Shown here one piece after another: positions 37,800-47,340 of a stretch of 56,677 nt of DNA. A program made the translations under genes and the position numbers. Source of the stretch: Pseudomonadota bacterium (GTDB taxonomy: Bacteria > Pseudomonadota > Alphaproteobacteria > RF32 > CAG-239). Location: positions 1 to 56,677 of the forward strand of contig JAUNPO010000002.1 of the NCBI GenBank assembly GCA_030536665.1, written 5' to 3'. Position 1 is the first letter of the stretch, and every line of letters starts with the position of its first letter. The notes under the pieces are model-generated. The model had not been told where the DNA came from and did not search any database. It saw nothing but the letters and a program-made list of their open reading frames with translations.

Positions 37800-37945
37800 A
37801 TTGACTGCTAAGTTATTTAGCTTATTTTCTGCCAAGACTCAAGTAAAATTTCAAATTCATACCAAATTTCTGTGCCCGTTTATCTATATCTATGTATTAT
37901 TTGTATAAATTCTGTCTTGAAATGTGGTGTTGAGCATTTTTTTGC

Positions 37946-37974
37946 TTGACTTTTGTTGAATCTGTGGCTATTAA
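37946..37974 (+). promoter_or_regulatory. putative rpmB promoter (TTGACT-17 nt-TATTAA)
   Basis: TTGACT at 37946-37951, a 17-nt spacer, TATTAA at 37969-37974, about 47 nt upstream of the rpmB ATG. Confidence 0.5.
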
Positions 37975-38020
37975 GTCATCAACAAGTTTATGTTTTGATT
38001 GAAATATAGGATGATTTGAT

Positions 38021-38296
38021 ATGTCTAAAAAATGTGATATCACCGGCACCGGCGTTATGAGCGGCAACAATGTGAGCCATGCCAATAACAAAACACGCCG
38101 TCGTTTTTTGCCGAATCTTCAGGTTGTTTCACTGTTGAGTGAAAAGCTTGGAAAAGTATTCAAACTTAAAGTTTGCTCCAAAACTTTGCGTTCAATTGAA
38201 CACAATGGCGGTTTGGACGCTTATCTGGCTTCTACTTCCAACACAAAATTGTCAGAAGAAGCTATTAAGATTAAAAAGCAGATTGCTAAAGCATAA
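38021..38296 (+). CDS. rpmB: 50S ribosomal protein L28
   Basis: MSKKCDITGTGVMSGNNVSHANNKTRRRFLPNLQ is the canonical L28 N-terminus. Confidence 0.95.
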   Translation: MSKKCDITGTGVMSGNNVSHANNKTRRRFLPNLQVVSLLSEKLGKVFKLKVCSKTLRSIEHNGGLDAYLASTSNTKLSEEAIKIKKQIAKA

Positions 38297-38321
38297 TTAT
38301 TGTTTCTGATTTGCATAAAGG

Positions 38322-38349
38322 AGCCCTGATTTTTGTCAGGGCTTTTTTG
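38322..38349 (+). terminator. intrinsic terminator of rpmB
   Basis: AGCCCTGA (38322-38329) pairs with TCAGGGCT (38336-38343), then a T-run. Confidence 0.8.
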
Positions 38350-38379
38350 TTTGTAAAAATGTTGGGCAGGGTGGCGGAT

Positions 38380-38733
38380 TTATTTAAAATTCGGATAGAA
38401 AATTATCTGTTCAAGTAAGAGGAATATCATAAAAAATATTGGGGCGCACAGGATGAGGCGGAATCTTTTGGGATGTTCGTCTTTGTGTTTAAAGCCGAAA
38501 AACAGCAGGTATGAAAATGAAATTAAAAGGGTGAGGCAGTATAAAAAGTGGCGGACTCTGGAGATTAAATACCAAGGCGTGTCAGGAGTTGTCTTCCATA
38601 CGGGGGTTGTTATGGTGTCATATAGGAGGCATATATAAAGCGCGAGAAAGCAAAAGTAAAAAGCACAGAGGCAGATATTGATGAAAGAATCCGGTGCGGG
38701 TGCTTTTTTTCTTACGATATGGTGCTTTTTCAT
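38380..38733 (-). CDS. hypothetical membrane protein (117 aa, 3-4 TM segments)
   Basis: ATG with AAGGAAA upstream. Hydrophobic. No motif. Confidence 0.5.
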   Translation of the reverse strand: MKKHHIVRKKAPAPDSFINICLCAFYFCFLALYICLLYDTITTPVWKTTPDTPWYLISRVRHFLYCLTLLISFSYLLFFGFKHKDEHPKRFRLILCAPIFFMIFLLLEQIIFYPNFK

Positions 38734-38828
38734 GTTTATTTCCTTATTTTATTTCTGACAACAGTTTGGGGAAGGGTGTATGTAGGGATATTATATTGGC
38801 ATTTGTCTAAGAAATTACTAATTGTTTT

Positions 38829-39260
38829 TTAGCAGAAAGGGAGGGCGAGGATTGCATAGCGCAGGAATTTTCCGCAGAACATGGCCGATATGGTTATGAC
38901 GGCATTAGCGCGCATCAGTCCTAAGGCGATTGCCAACGGATCCCCGATGAACGGCAGAAAGCTGAAAAAGGCAAGGGCGGCGCTTTTGCCTTGCAGTTTT
39001 TGTTTGAGGCTTTTTGCTTCCTGTGGGGGTACCCGGAGGTATTTTTCAATCCATTCGGTTTTTCCCATTCGTCCCAGAATATAATTTGTCATTCCGCCTA
39101 AGGTATTGCCGACGGAAGCGATTGCCAGACACAGGGCGGGATTGAAGCCCAGGGAGAGGAGGCCGATAAAAATTATTTCCGATCCCAGAGGCAGAATTGT
39201 AGCGGCGAGAAAGCTTCCGGCAAAAAGCCCGAAATAACCGTATTGTATAAACTGTTCCAT
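38829..39260 (-). CDS. yqaA: YqaA-family (DedA/SNARE-associated superfamily) membrane protein
   Basis: GYFGLFAGSFLAATILPLGSEIIFIGLL...VGNTLGGMTNYILGR. The ATG at 39260 (AAGGA upstream, 143 aa) is preferred over the TTG at 39407. Confidence 0.8.
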   Translation of the reverse strand: MEQFIQYGYFGLFAGSFLAATILPLGSEIIFIGLLSLGFNPALCLAIASVGNTLGGMTNYILGRMGKTEWIEKYLRVPPQEAKSLKQKLQGKSAALAFFSFLPFIGDPLAIALGLMRANAVITISAMFCGKFLRYAILALPFC

Positions 39261-39485
39261 TTGTTTTTCCTTTGATGCTGTGCAGTATAACGTCAGCAGA
39301 GAATTTGTAAAGAGACGGCGCTTGTCCGTCAGACGCATGATGAAAAGACACAGCTCTTTAGGAAGGCCGGTATGTTCGGAAAAATAAGCCGTTTCGCTTA
39401 TTTTCAACAGTCGTGTTATTTTGAGTGATTTATTAACGTTCTTGGTGTATATTGATGAATGTAATTTAATTAGGGAGTGATCGCT

Positions 39486-41426
39486 ATGAAAGTGTTTTTC
39501 ACGTTTTTAGTGGCTCTGGGATTTATGGCATCTTCGGCGGGGGCGGCAGATGTCGTCACGCAAGAGGAGATGGTTTCCGGGTTTTGGAGCTATTTTGAAG
39601 GCATGAACGCATTGACGCTGGTCTTTGTTTCATTGCTGGTTTTTGCTATTGCTTATCGTTTTTATGGGGTTTTTATTGCCAACAAGGTTTTGCGGCTGGA
39701 TGCGAATCGTGTTACGCCGGCTGTTAAATATGCTGACGGGCATGACTATGTTGCCACAAACAAAAATGTTTTGTTTGGTCACCATTTTGCGGCGATTGCC
39801 GCAGCCGGGCCTTTGGTCGGGCCGGTTTTGGCAGCGCAGTTCGGTTATCTGCCCGGCGCGTTGTGGATTTTAATCGGTTGTGTTTTAGGCGGTGCGGTTC
39901 ATGATATGGTGGTGTTGTTTGCCTCCGTTCGTCATAAAGCGCAAAGTCTGGCGACGATTACGGAACGCGAGGTCGGCCCCTTTACCGGGACTGTTGCCGG
40001 TTTTGCGGTTTTGTTCATTTTGATTCTGACTTTGGCCGGGTTGTCTTTGGCCTGTGTCAGTGCCATGCATAATGCGCCGTGGTCTTTGTTTATTGTTGCC
40101 ATCACAATGCCTATTGCCATTTTGATGGGCTTGATTATGCGGTTTCGCAGGAACAGTGTCGGATTGGCCAGCCTTATCGGTATCGGTTTGCTGCTGATTG
40201 GCATTATTTCAGGACACTCCCTTATGCAGCAAGACGTTTTGGGGTGGATGTTTGACTGGGACAGAACGACGGTTTCACTGGCTATTCCCGCTTATGGTTT
40301 TGTCGCTTCGGTTTTGCCGATCTGGTTTTTGCTGGTGCCGCGGGATTATTTGTCCACTTATTTGAAAATCGGCACGATTTTGATGCTGGCACTCGGTATT
40401 GTTTTTGTTCGTCCCGATTTGATGATGCACACGTTTACGCCGTTTATTTATGGCGGCGGTCCGGTTATTAACGGTCCGGTTCTGCCGTTTATTTTTATTA
40501 CCATTGCCTGCGGCGCAATTTCCGGTTTCCATGCGATTATCGGCACCGGTACGACGCCGAAGATGATCGGCAACGAGCGTGAAATTTTGTTTGTCGGTTA
40601 TGGAGCAATGTTGACGGAAGGTTTTGTGGCGATTATGGCTTTGATTGCAGCCTGCACGATGATGCCGGGCGATTATTTTGCCATTAACTCAAGCCCCGAG
40701 GCTTATGCCGCGTTAATTCAGGCACATCCGAACTTTAACGTTGTCGATTTGCCGTTCTTTGAAGAACATATCGGTATTGATTTGCACGGACGTACCGGCG
40801 GCGCCGTTTCTTTGGCGGTCGGTATGGCGCATATTTTCCGTAACATTCCGTATATGGATCATCTGATGGCTTATTGGTATAATTTTGCGGTTATGTTTGA
40901 AGCCGTGTTTATTTTGACGGCTATTGACGCCGGAACCCGTGTCGGCCGTTTCTTCCTGCAGGAAATGCTGGGTAAAGTTCATCCGAAATTTGCCGAGAAG
41001 GAATGGATGCCGGGTGTGGTTATTACCAGTGCAATCTTTACGTTTCTGTGGGGATATCTGGTATATACCGGAAACATCAGCAGCATTTGGCCGTTGTTCG
41101 GCTTGAGCAATCAGCTGCTGGCGACCTGCGCGTTGATTGTCTGCACGACAATGCTGCTCAGACTTGACCGTAAGAAATATGCCTTGGCGGTTTCTATTCC
41201 GGGATTGTTTATGGTTGTCGTAACATTCTGGGCCGGGTATCTGCAGGTCTTTACGCAGTATATTCCGAACAAGCAGTATCTGCTGGCCGTTTTAGGTTCA
41301 ACGGTTATGGTCTTGATGGTATTCGTTTTGTATGGCTCGTTTAAGAAATGGTATGAGCTGATGAGAATCAAAACGACGGTCAAAGACGCGTATGGCGAGG
41401 AAGTTCGCCAGTTGGCCGTTGAGTAA
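39486..41426 (+). CDS. cstA: carbon starvation protein A (CstA-family peptide/pyruvate transporter)
   Basis: YRFYGVFIANKVL, HHFAAIAAAGPLVGPVLAAQFGYLPG and GAISGFH motifs. ATG at 39486 after GGGAG. Carries an N-terminal signal-peptide-like extension. Confidence 0.92.
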   Translation: MKVFFTFLVALGFMASSAGAADVVTQEEMVSGFWSYFEGMNALTLVFVSLLVFAIAYRFYGVFIANKVLRLDANRVTPAVKYADGHDYVATNKNVLFGHHFAAIAAAGPLVGPVLAAQFGYLPGALWILIGCVLGGAVHDMVVLFASVRHKAQSLATITEREVGPFTGTVAGFAVLFILILTLAGLSLACVSAMHNAPWSLFIVAITMPIAILMGLIMRFRRNSVGLASLIGIGLLLIGIISGHSLMQQDVLGWMFDWDRTTVSLAIPAYGFVASVLPIWFLLVPRDYLSTYLKIGTILMLALGIVFVRPDLMMHTFTPFIYGGGPVINGPVLPFIFITIACGAISGFHAIIGTGTTPKMIGNEREILFVGYGAMLTEGFVAIMALIAACTMMPGDYFAINSSPEAYAALIQAHPNFNVVDLPFFEEHIGIDLHGRTGGAVSLAVGMAHIFRNIPYMDHLMAYWYNFAVMFEAVFILTAIDAGTRVGRFFLQEMLGKVHPKFAEKEWMPGVVITSAIFTFLWGYLVYTGNISSIWPLFGLSNQLLATCALIVCTTMLLRLDRKKYALAVSIPGLFMVVVTFWAGYLQVFTQYIPNKQYLLAVLGSTVMVLMVFVLYGSFKKWYELMRIKTTVKDAYGEEVRQLAVE

Positions 41427-41446
41427 AACGACAGGCAAAGTAAAAG

Positions 41447-41478
41447 AGAAAGGGCTGATATGTTTATCAGCCCTTTCT
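41447..41478. terminator. perfect 14-bp hairpin between convergent cstA and the porin gene (bidirectional terminator)
   Basis: AGAAAGGGCTGATA, loop TGTT, TATCAGCCCTTTCT. Confidence 0.75.
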
Positions 41479-41548
41479 TTGTCAGGTATTTACCGCGGAC
41501 AAAAAACAGCCGTTCCTTTTCTGGAGCGGCTGTTCGGAATACTTTGGT

Positions 41549-42694
41549 TTAGAATTTAAGGCCGATACCGGTAACCACGGCATAGCCTTTGCTGTTATCG
41601 TCAGCGTATTTTTCGGCGCCTTTGGCGTTAAGGTAAGCACCGACGAGGAACAAATCAATATATTTGTTGGCGGAGTAGACGTTTGACCAGATATATAAGT
41701 CGTCGCTGTTCCGGGTGTTGGACGCTTCCGTGTGCAGATAGGCCAGGTTGGTTTTGAAATTTTCAAACTGGTAGCCCATGCTGACGTTATAGGCATTGGA
41801 TTCACGGTAGTTGTCGAACAAAGCCGGCAGGTAAGAACTTTTGGCTTTATAGGTGATGGGGTTTTTATTGCCTTTAATCCAGGCGTTTTTATAACCGGCA
41901 GCAATGTTGAAGTTATCTTTGACCCAGGTTACGCCGAAAGACATTTCGTTATCTGTCCGGTTGAATATACCGTAGCCCATTGATGTGTATAAGGTGGAGT
42001 TATCCGGCAGTTCCCAGCGGTTTTGCATGGCTGCGGTATAGCCGTCTTCTTCCAGTTCATAATGAGCATAACGGCTGACAAAACCGCGGCGGTTTTCATT
42101 TTTCGGCGTGTAAGAAAAACCGAATTTGGTATTGCCGATTTCCGGTGAAATATATTTGATTTTGGCGGCGCGGCCGTCATCCATAATCGCCGTTGATTTT
42201 GGTGTGGCGAATTTTACGGAATGTTTGCCGTTACCCCAGTTGGGATTGCTCAGATAATAAATCATGTTGGTATCGTCGATACCGAAAAATGTGATTTCCT
42301 TTGCCCCTTTGTGCAGTTCATGGGCTGCCCCATAAACATAACCGACAGTGATGTCACCGTATTTGGATTTATCCGTTACAAAAGGATAAAAGCGCCAGTC
42401 GCCGTCGCGATAGTCTTTATCATGTTCCCGGTAAACTAATGTGAAGTTGCCGAAGACGCCGAGTCGGTGGTCGGGAGAAAAGTGGTAGTTTGCGCCAAAG
42501 AGGGCATCGGTACGGTAGACCCAGCGGTTAGGCATGGAGTTTACAGCGTATTGTTTTTTTGTTTCCGAGATACCGTAGTAGCCGCCCATCAGGCCGGATG
42601 CCGTAAAATCCCAGTTGTCTTTAGTGAGGGTTGCAGCATGGGCAGATGCCGATACGGCGGAAAGCACGGTTGTCAGTAAAAGCAATTTTTTCAT
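41549..42694 (-). CDS. outer-membrane porin (beta-barrel)
   Basis: Signal peptide ending SASAHA. Alternating Tyr/Gly-rich beta-strand pattern. C-terminal GIGLKF with a terminal Phe. Confidence 0.75.
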   Translation of the reverse strand: MKKLLLLTTVLSAVSASAHAATLTKDNWDFTASGLMGGYYGISETKKQYAVNSMPNRWVYRTDALFGANYHFSPDHRLGVFGNFTLVYREHDKDYRDGDWRFYPFVTDKSKYGDITVGYVYGAAHELHKGAKEITFFGIDDTNMIYYLSNPNWGNGKHSVKFATPKSTAIMDDGRAAKIKYISPEIGNTKFGFSYTPKNENRRGFVSRYAHYELEEDGYTAAMQNRWELPDNSTLYTSMGYGIFNRTDNEMSFGVTWVKDNFNIAAGYKNAWIKGNKNPITYKAKSSYLPALFDNYRESNAYNVSMGYQFENFKTNLAYLHTEASNTRNSDDLYIWSNVYSANKYIDLFLVGAYLNAKGAEKYADDNSKGYAVVTGIGLKF

Positions 42695-42833
42695 AGTCCG
42701 CGTCCTTTGTTATTTGTCTGAATTGTTAGCGTCTTTATTATAAACTTAAAATTGTTAACTTAGATTTAACCGGGGTTGAATGGCTCGAATGAGTGTTTAT
42801 ATAGATTTTGAACAGCTATTTAAGGAGGCTTTT

Positions 42834-43793
42834 ATGAATAAAATTGTTTTGATGCCGGAAATTCAGGCATTTATTGATGATGTGGAAAAAAATACCGAAA
42901 CACCGCTGTATGAATTGTCGTATGAAGAAGCGCGCGCCGTGCTGCGCGGCGCTCAGGATATGCCGGTTCGTCAGGAAGAGGCGGATATTGAAGATACGAC
43001 ATTTATGGTTTATGACAATCATGAAATTCCGGTCAGAATTGTTCGCCCGTCGGGTGCTGAAGGCGTTTTGCCGGTTATCTTTTATATTCACGGCGGCGGC
43101 TGGGTTATGGGGGATGCCAATACGCACGAGCGCCTTATCCGGGAGCTGGCCGCAAAGACCGGTGCCGCGGTTATTTTTCCGGTATATACGCCGTCGCCAG
43201 AGGCACAGTATCCGCAGCCGATTGAAGAATTGTACGGAGCGTTGGAATATGTGGTTAAAAATGCAGCCAAACTGCGTGTCGATTTGAAAAATCTGGTTGT
43301 TGCCGGCGACAGTGTCGGCGGAAATATGGCCGCAGTTATGACTTTGATGGCAAAAGAGAAAAAACTGCCGGCGAAAATTAAGTTTCAGTTGTTGTTTTAT
43401 CCGGTGACCGATGATGATTTTGACAATGAATCTTATTTGCGTTTTCAAAATGGCCCATGGTTGTCCCGCGAGGCGATGAAATGGTTTTGGAATGCTTACG
43501 CGCCGGATAAGGCAGACAGAAAGAAAATTTATGCCTGCCCGTTAAAGGCGACGGAGGAGGAATTGAAAAATTTGCCTGAGGCTTTGGTGATTACTGATGA
43601 AAATGACGTTTTGCGCGATGAGGGCGAAGCTTATGCCCGTAAGTTGGCTAATGCCGGCGTAAAAGTTACGGCGGTGCGTTTTAACGGAACGATTCATGAT
43701 TTTGTCATGTTGAATGCCATTGCCGATACTTTACCGACGCGTTCGGCTCTTTTGTTGGCAACGGCAAAGTTGAAGGAAGTTTTTGAAAACTGA
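42834..43793 (+). CDS. alpha/beta hydrolase, hormone-sensitive-lipase-type esterase
   Basis: HGGGW oxyanion motif, nucleophile elbow GDSVGG, HDF near the C-terminus. ATG at 42834 after AAGGAGG. Confidence 0.88.
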   Translation: MNKIVLMPEIQAFIDDVEKNTETPLYELSYEEARAVLRGAQDMPVRQEEADIEDTTFMVYDNHEIPVRIVRPSGAEGVLPVIFYIHGGGWVMGDANTHERLIRELAAKTGAAVIFPVYTPSPEAQYPQPIEELYGALEYVVKNAAKLRVDLKNLVVAGDSVGGNMAAVMTLMAKEKKLPAKIKFQLLFYPVTDDDFDNESYLRFQNGPWLSREAMKWFWNAYAPDKADRKKIYACPLKATEEELKNLPEALVITDENDVLRDEGEAYARKLANAGVKVTAVRFNGTIHDFVMLNAIADTLPTRSALLLATAKLKEVFEN

Positions 43794-43841
43794 TTGGGAT
43801 GTGTTAAAAAGAAAGGCGGAGAATATTCTCCGCCTTTTGCG

Positions 43842-44225
43842 TTATTTTTTCATTCTGGCAAGATAGCTGTCAAATTGGATGCCGGCATTCTTCGACCAGC
43901 CGAGGATGTAGTTGTTGCCCATACAGATGAGCGGCGTTCCCAGTTCCCGTTTGTCAATGTTGAATTTTTCAGCGCATTTTTCAAAGAGTTTGCGGCTTTC
44001 GGGATTTTGTTGAATGTTTTCCATACGGATGCTGATATCAGGATGTTTGCGGGCGATATAGCCTGATGCCGTGTGGCAGTGCGGACAGGTGGGCTGATAG
44101 AACATATAAATTTCGTTTTCATTTATATGATAGGCGTCTTTTCCGCCGTAAATATTGTAGCCGATGAATGACAAAAGGCCGATTATGGCAAGAATAACAA
44201 GATTTTTGGTGTTGAAAACGGTCAT
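43842..44225 (-). CDS. membrane-anchored thioredoxin-fold protein with a CPHC active site
   Basis: N-terminal TM segment, YQPTCPHCH motif, 127 aa. Confidence 0.65.
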   Translation of the reverse strand: MTVFNTKNLVILAIIGLLSFIGYNIYGGKDAYHINENEIYMFYQPTCPHCHTASGYIARKHPDISIRMENIQQNPESRKLFEKCAEKFNIDKRELGTPLICMGNNYILGWSKNAGIQFDSYLARMKK

Positions 44226-44253
44226 AATTGTTCCTTTTTGTTGGAGGTTGTTA

Positions 44254-44285
44254 TAAAAAAGCCCGCCGTGACGCAGCGGGCTTTA
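44254..44285 (-). terminator. intrinsic terminator downstream of the DUF805 gene
   Basis: GCCCGC (44261-44266) pairs with GCGGGC (44276-44281). The A6 run on the plus strand gives a T-run on the minus strand. Confidence 0.65.
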
Positions 44286-44301
44286 TATTGTTTTATGATG
44301 A

Positions 44302-44664
44302 TTATTTCTCGCTGTCAGCGCAGAGCAAAGTCATAACATAAATTGCTCCGACAACCGGGATAAGAATGAACAGCAGGTACCAAGGGTTGATTTTGGCATC
44401 ACGCATGCGACGAATCATAATTGCGATTGTCGGGAGAAGCAATCCCAAAGCGACGACGCGGGAAAGAATTACCCAGATTGCTGCTAAAAACGGTAAAAGA
44501 GCTGTTAAAACGGCAAAGATTGAATAAATTGCAGAATAAATTACAATGTATTTTGCAAAGTCGGCAAAGTTTGTTTTACCGTTGAAGTCAACGTATTGAT
44601 TTTTGATAACATCAACGAAATTTTTATTGATAATTGATTTTACTTTATCCAAATATAATTCCAT
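44302..44664 (-). CDS. DUF805 (YhaH/YhaI-like) inner-membrane protein
   Basis: IRRMRDAKINPWYLLFILIPVVGAIYVMTLL resembles the DUF805 signature RRLHD.G.SGWW.LL..IP..G. Confidence 0.7.
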   Translation of the reverse strand: MELYLDKVKSIINKNFVDVIKNQYVDFNGKTNFADFAKYIVIYSAIYSIFAVLTALLPFLAAIWVILSRVVALGLLLPTIAIMIRRMRDAKINPWYLLFILIPVVGAIYVMTLLCADSEK

Positions 44665-44783
44665 AAGTTTTCTCCTAATTAAATTTTATAAAAAATACAA
44701 TGTCTTATATTCTTTATTTGTTTTTATCTAATACTGTATCCGCCTAAAAAGCAATATAAAAATACAGATATGCACGATAATTG

Positions 44784-46154
44784 TTAATGCCAAGGCAGTT
44801 CGACCTGATGATGGCAGAAAAGGTATTTGCGGCCGATGCGGCGGATGACCATATAATATCCGACACTGACGACAGCGGCTCCGCCAATCCAGGCAATCGG
44901 GCTGGCGTAGCAAACGCCGATAAAGCCGAAGCGGTAGGCCAGAACGATGGCGGCAAATGAGCGCATTCCCAGTTCAACTATGCTTGATATAAGCGGAATT
45001 ACCGGTTTTCCAAGCCCTTGCAACGCGTTTCTGTAAACAAATATCTGTCCGAGGAAGAAATAAAACAAAACGCTGATGTTGAGATACATTTTGGCAGTGT
45101 CAATAACGATTTCGTTGCGTTCTTTGGTGAAGATTTCAACCAGGTTTTCGCCGGCCGTAAAAATAATTACGGCCATAAAAATACTGACTCCTAAAGAAAT
45201 CATGGAACAGTTGAAGACGCCGCGGCGGACACGGCCGATTAAGCCGGCACCATAATTTTGTGCGGTATAGGTTGCCATGGCGACGCCGAAGGAAACCATC
45301 GGCTGGGCAGCCAGCTGTTCAATGCGCATGGCAGAGGTAAAGGCGGCAATCGTCAGCGGGCCGAAAGAGTTGCAGACGCTCTGAATAACCATGGAACTCA
45401 GGGCAATGATTGAAAACTGCACGGCCATGGGGATGGCTAATGCCAGGTGTTCTTTGCTGAAATTCCAGTCAAGTTTCCAATCGCTTTTTTTGAGGTGCAG
45501 AATGGGGAATTTTCTGACGATGTAAAAGTAACAGCAGATAACGGAAATGCTTAATGCCAAGACCGTGCCGAGAGCGGAGCCCTCAACGCCCATGCCGCAG
45601 ACGTATATCAGAAACAGGTTGAGGCCGATGTTGATGATTGAGGCAAAAATGAGAAAATACAATGGTGTCCGGCTGTCGCCCAAGGCGCGGATGATACCGG
45701 ACAGAAGATTGTAGAAGACAATCATGACCAGGCCGTAGGCGATGATGGAAATAAACGCCAAAGCCTCGCCGAAGATTTCTTCCGGGACATTCATCAGGCG
45801 TAATATGGGGCGGAGAAAAGCTATCAGAATCAGGCTGAAAATGAGCGTGAACGCGGTGCTGATGACTGTTGCCGTTGCCGCAGAACGGCGCATGGCGTTG
45901 AAGTCGTTGGCGCCGAAACGCTGTGCGGTAATGACTGTCAGGCCGCTGGTAAAGCCGATGGTGACGGCAAGCAGCAGAAAAAACAGCGGTCCGGTTGCTC
46001 CGACGGCAGCCAGAGAATTTACGCCAAGCAGGCGGCCGACGATGATGATGTCGGAAATGCTGTAAAGTTGTTGGAAGACGTTGCCGATTAATAACGGAAT
46101 TGTAAATTGGATGATTAGTTTTACCGGATTTCCGGAGGTCATATTTTGAATCAT
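44784..46154 (-). CDS. MATE-family efflux transporter
   Basis: 456 aa, 12 TM segments. N-terminus GNPVKLIIQFTIPLLIGNVFQQLYSISDIIIVGRLLG is typical of MATE proteins. Confidence 0.9.
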   Translation of the reverse strand: MIQNMTSGNPVKLIIQFTIPLLIGNVFQQLYSISDIIIVGRLLGVNSLAAVGATGPLFFLLLAVTIGFTSGLTVITAQRFGANDFNAMRRSAATATVISTAFTLIFSLILIAFLRPILRLMNVPEEIFGEALAFISIIAYGLVMIVFYNLLSGIIRALGDSRTPLYFLIFASIINIGLNLFLIYVCGMGVEGSALGTVLALSISVICCYFYIVRKFPILHLKKSDWKLDWNFSKEHLALAIPMAVQFSIIALSSMVIQSVCNSFGPLTIAAFTSAMRIEQLAAQPMVSFGVAMATYTAQNYGAGLIGRVRRGVFNCSMISLGVSIFMAVIIFTAGENLVEIFTKERNEIVIDTAKMYLNISVLFYFFLGQIFVYRNALQGLGKPVIPLISSIVELGMRSFAAIVLAYRFGFIGVCYASPIAWIGGAAVVSVGYYMVIRRIGRKYLFCHHQVELPWH

Positions 46155-46230
46155 TGTATACTTCTCTTCATTTTTTTGTCATGGGATATATACAACCGTT
46201 ATTTTTTTATTACAAGACCTTAATTATATG

Positions 46231-47340
46231 TCAGCCAAGTTTCTTTTTAAATGTCCAGGCAGCGATGGAAAGCGTTCCCAAGGCGATGAAAAACAGGGGA
46301 ATCATATTTTGCCAGATGTCTGCGGGCGCCATGTCTTTTAAGAGAATCCCCTTGGCGATTATCAGATAGTAACGCACGGGATTGATTAAGGTTATGTTTT
46401 GAAGAAACTGCGGCATATCCGCAATGGGCGAAACATAGCCGGAAATCAGAATTGACGGCATGAGAAAAGAAAATGCGCCGAGAATCGCCTGTTGCTGGGT
46501 TTTGCAGATTGAGGAAACAAACAGGCCGATGCCGACAATGGACATCAGGTAAACCAGAAGAGAGAGGATGAACCAGAAGACAGAACCTTTGAACGGGAGG
46601 TCAAAAATAAGAACGGCGCAGAACGTGATGATAATGGCGACAGCCATGGCGATGATAACCGGCGGAATGGTTTTGCCGAGGAGTATTTCAAAAGAACTCA
46701 GCGGCGATACGATGATTTGGTCGAATGTTCCCAGTTCGTGTTCCCGGGCGATGGACATGGCGGTCAGGACAAGCGCCGAGATGGCGCTGAGAATGGCAAT
46801 CATGGAAGATACGGTGTACCATTGGTAAGAAAGGTTGGGGTTAAACCAGTGGCGGACTTCAATCGTGATTGAGGGAACCGAGCGATAGCGTTCGGGGTGG
46901 ATGCGCTGTTCATAGGCGGCGATTATCTTTGAGGCGTAACCGCTGATTATGGCGGCGGAATTGGTTTGTCTGCCGTCAACAATAACCTGTATCTCAGCAG
47001 GCGTCCGCGATTTTATTTTGGCGGCGAAGTCATTGTTGATGATGATACCCAGTTGCGCCTGTTCTGCGGCGATGAGATTTTCCATCTGCCGGCGGTTGTC
47101 AGTGAAGATGATCTTTTTGAACCAGGGCGAGCCTTCAAAGCCGGATATAAGCTCCCGGGATTCATAACTTTTGCTATCGTCGAAAACGACGGCGGATATG
47201 TTTTTGACTTCCATTGTGGCGGCATTGGCGAAGATTATCAACTGGACAATCGGCGGGACGATAATGAGAATCCGGCTTTTGGGGTCGCGCCAGGCGGCCA
47301 GAAATTCTTTGATAATCAGTGACCAGACACGTTTCAGCAT
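46231..47340 (-). CDS. ABC-2 type transporter permease (YbhR-like)
   Basis: Start MLKRVWSLIIKEFLAAWRDPKSR at 47340 overlaps the upstream stop (ATGCTGA). Large periplasmic loop plus 5 C-terminal TM segments. The ORF-track start at 47682 lies inside the upstream gene. Confidence 0.88.
   Translation of the reverse strand: MLKRVWSLIIKEFLAAWRDPKSRILIIVPPIVQLIIFANAATMEVKNISAVVFDDSKSYESRELISGFEGSPWFKKIIFTDNRRQMENLIAAEQAQLGIIINNDFAAKIKSRTPAEIQVIVDGRQTNSAAIISGYASKIIAAYEQRIHPERYRSVPSITIEVRHWFNPNLSYQWYTVSSMIAILSAISALVLTAMSIAREHELGTFDQIIVSPLSSFEILLGKTIPPVIIAMAVAIIITFCAVLIFDLPFKGSVFWFILSLLVYLMSIVGIGLFVSSICKTQQQAILGAFSFLMPSILISGYVSPIADMPQFLQNITLINPVRYYLIIAKGILLKDMAPADIWQNMIPLFFIALGTLSIAAWTFKKKLG

Noticed and set aside
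37357-37811. Five overlapping ORFs of 78-129 aa on both strands across the tRNA-Arg region. Their translations show repeated peptide motifs (NPFGYAIKKSHSLRVVFFDVA...).
   Set aside because: The repeated peptides simply reflect the 175-bp DNA duplication. The ORFs run through a tRNA gene and two terminator hairpins.
37473-38020. Intact genomic island or prophage integrated at tRNA-Arg, and likewise at tRNA-Trp within the window.
   Set aside because: No integrase, excisionase or phage-like ORF is present. The repeats are only 175-178 bp apart. At most this is a scar. An element beyond 56677 cannot be excluded.
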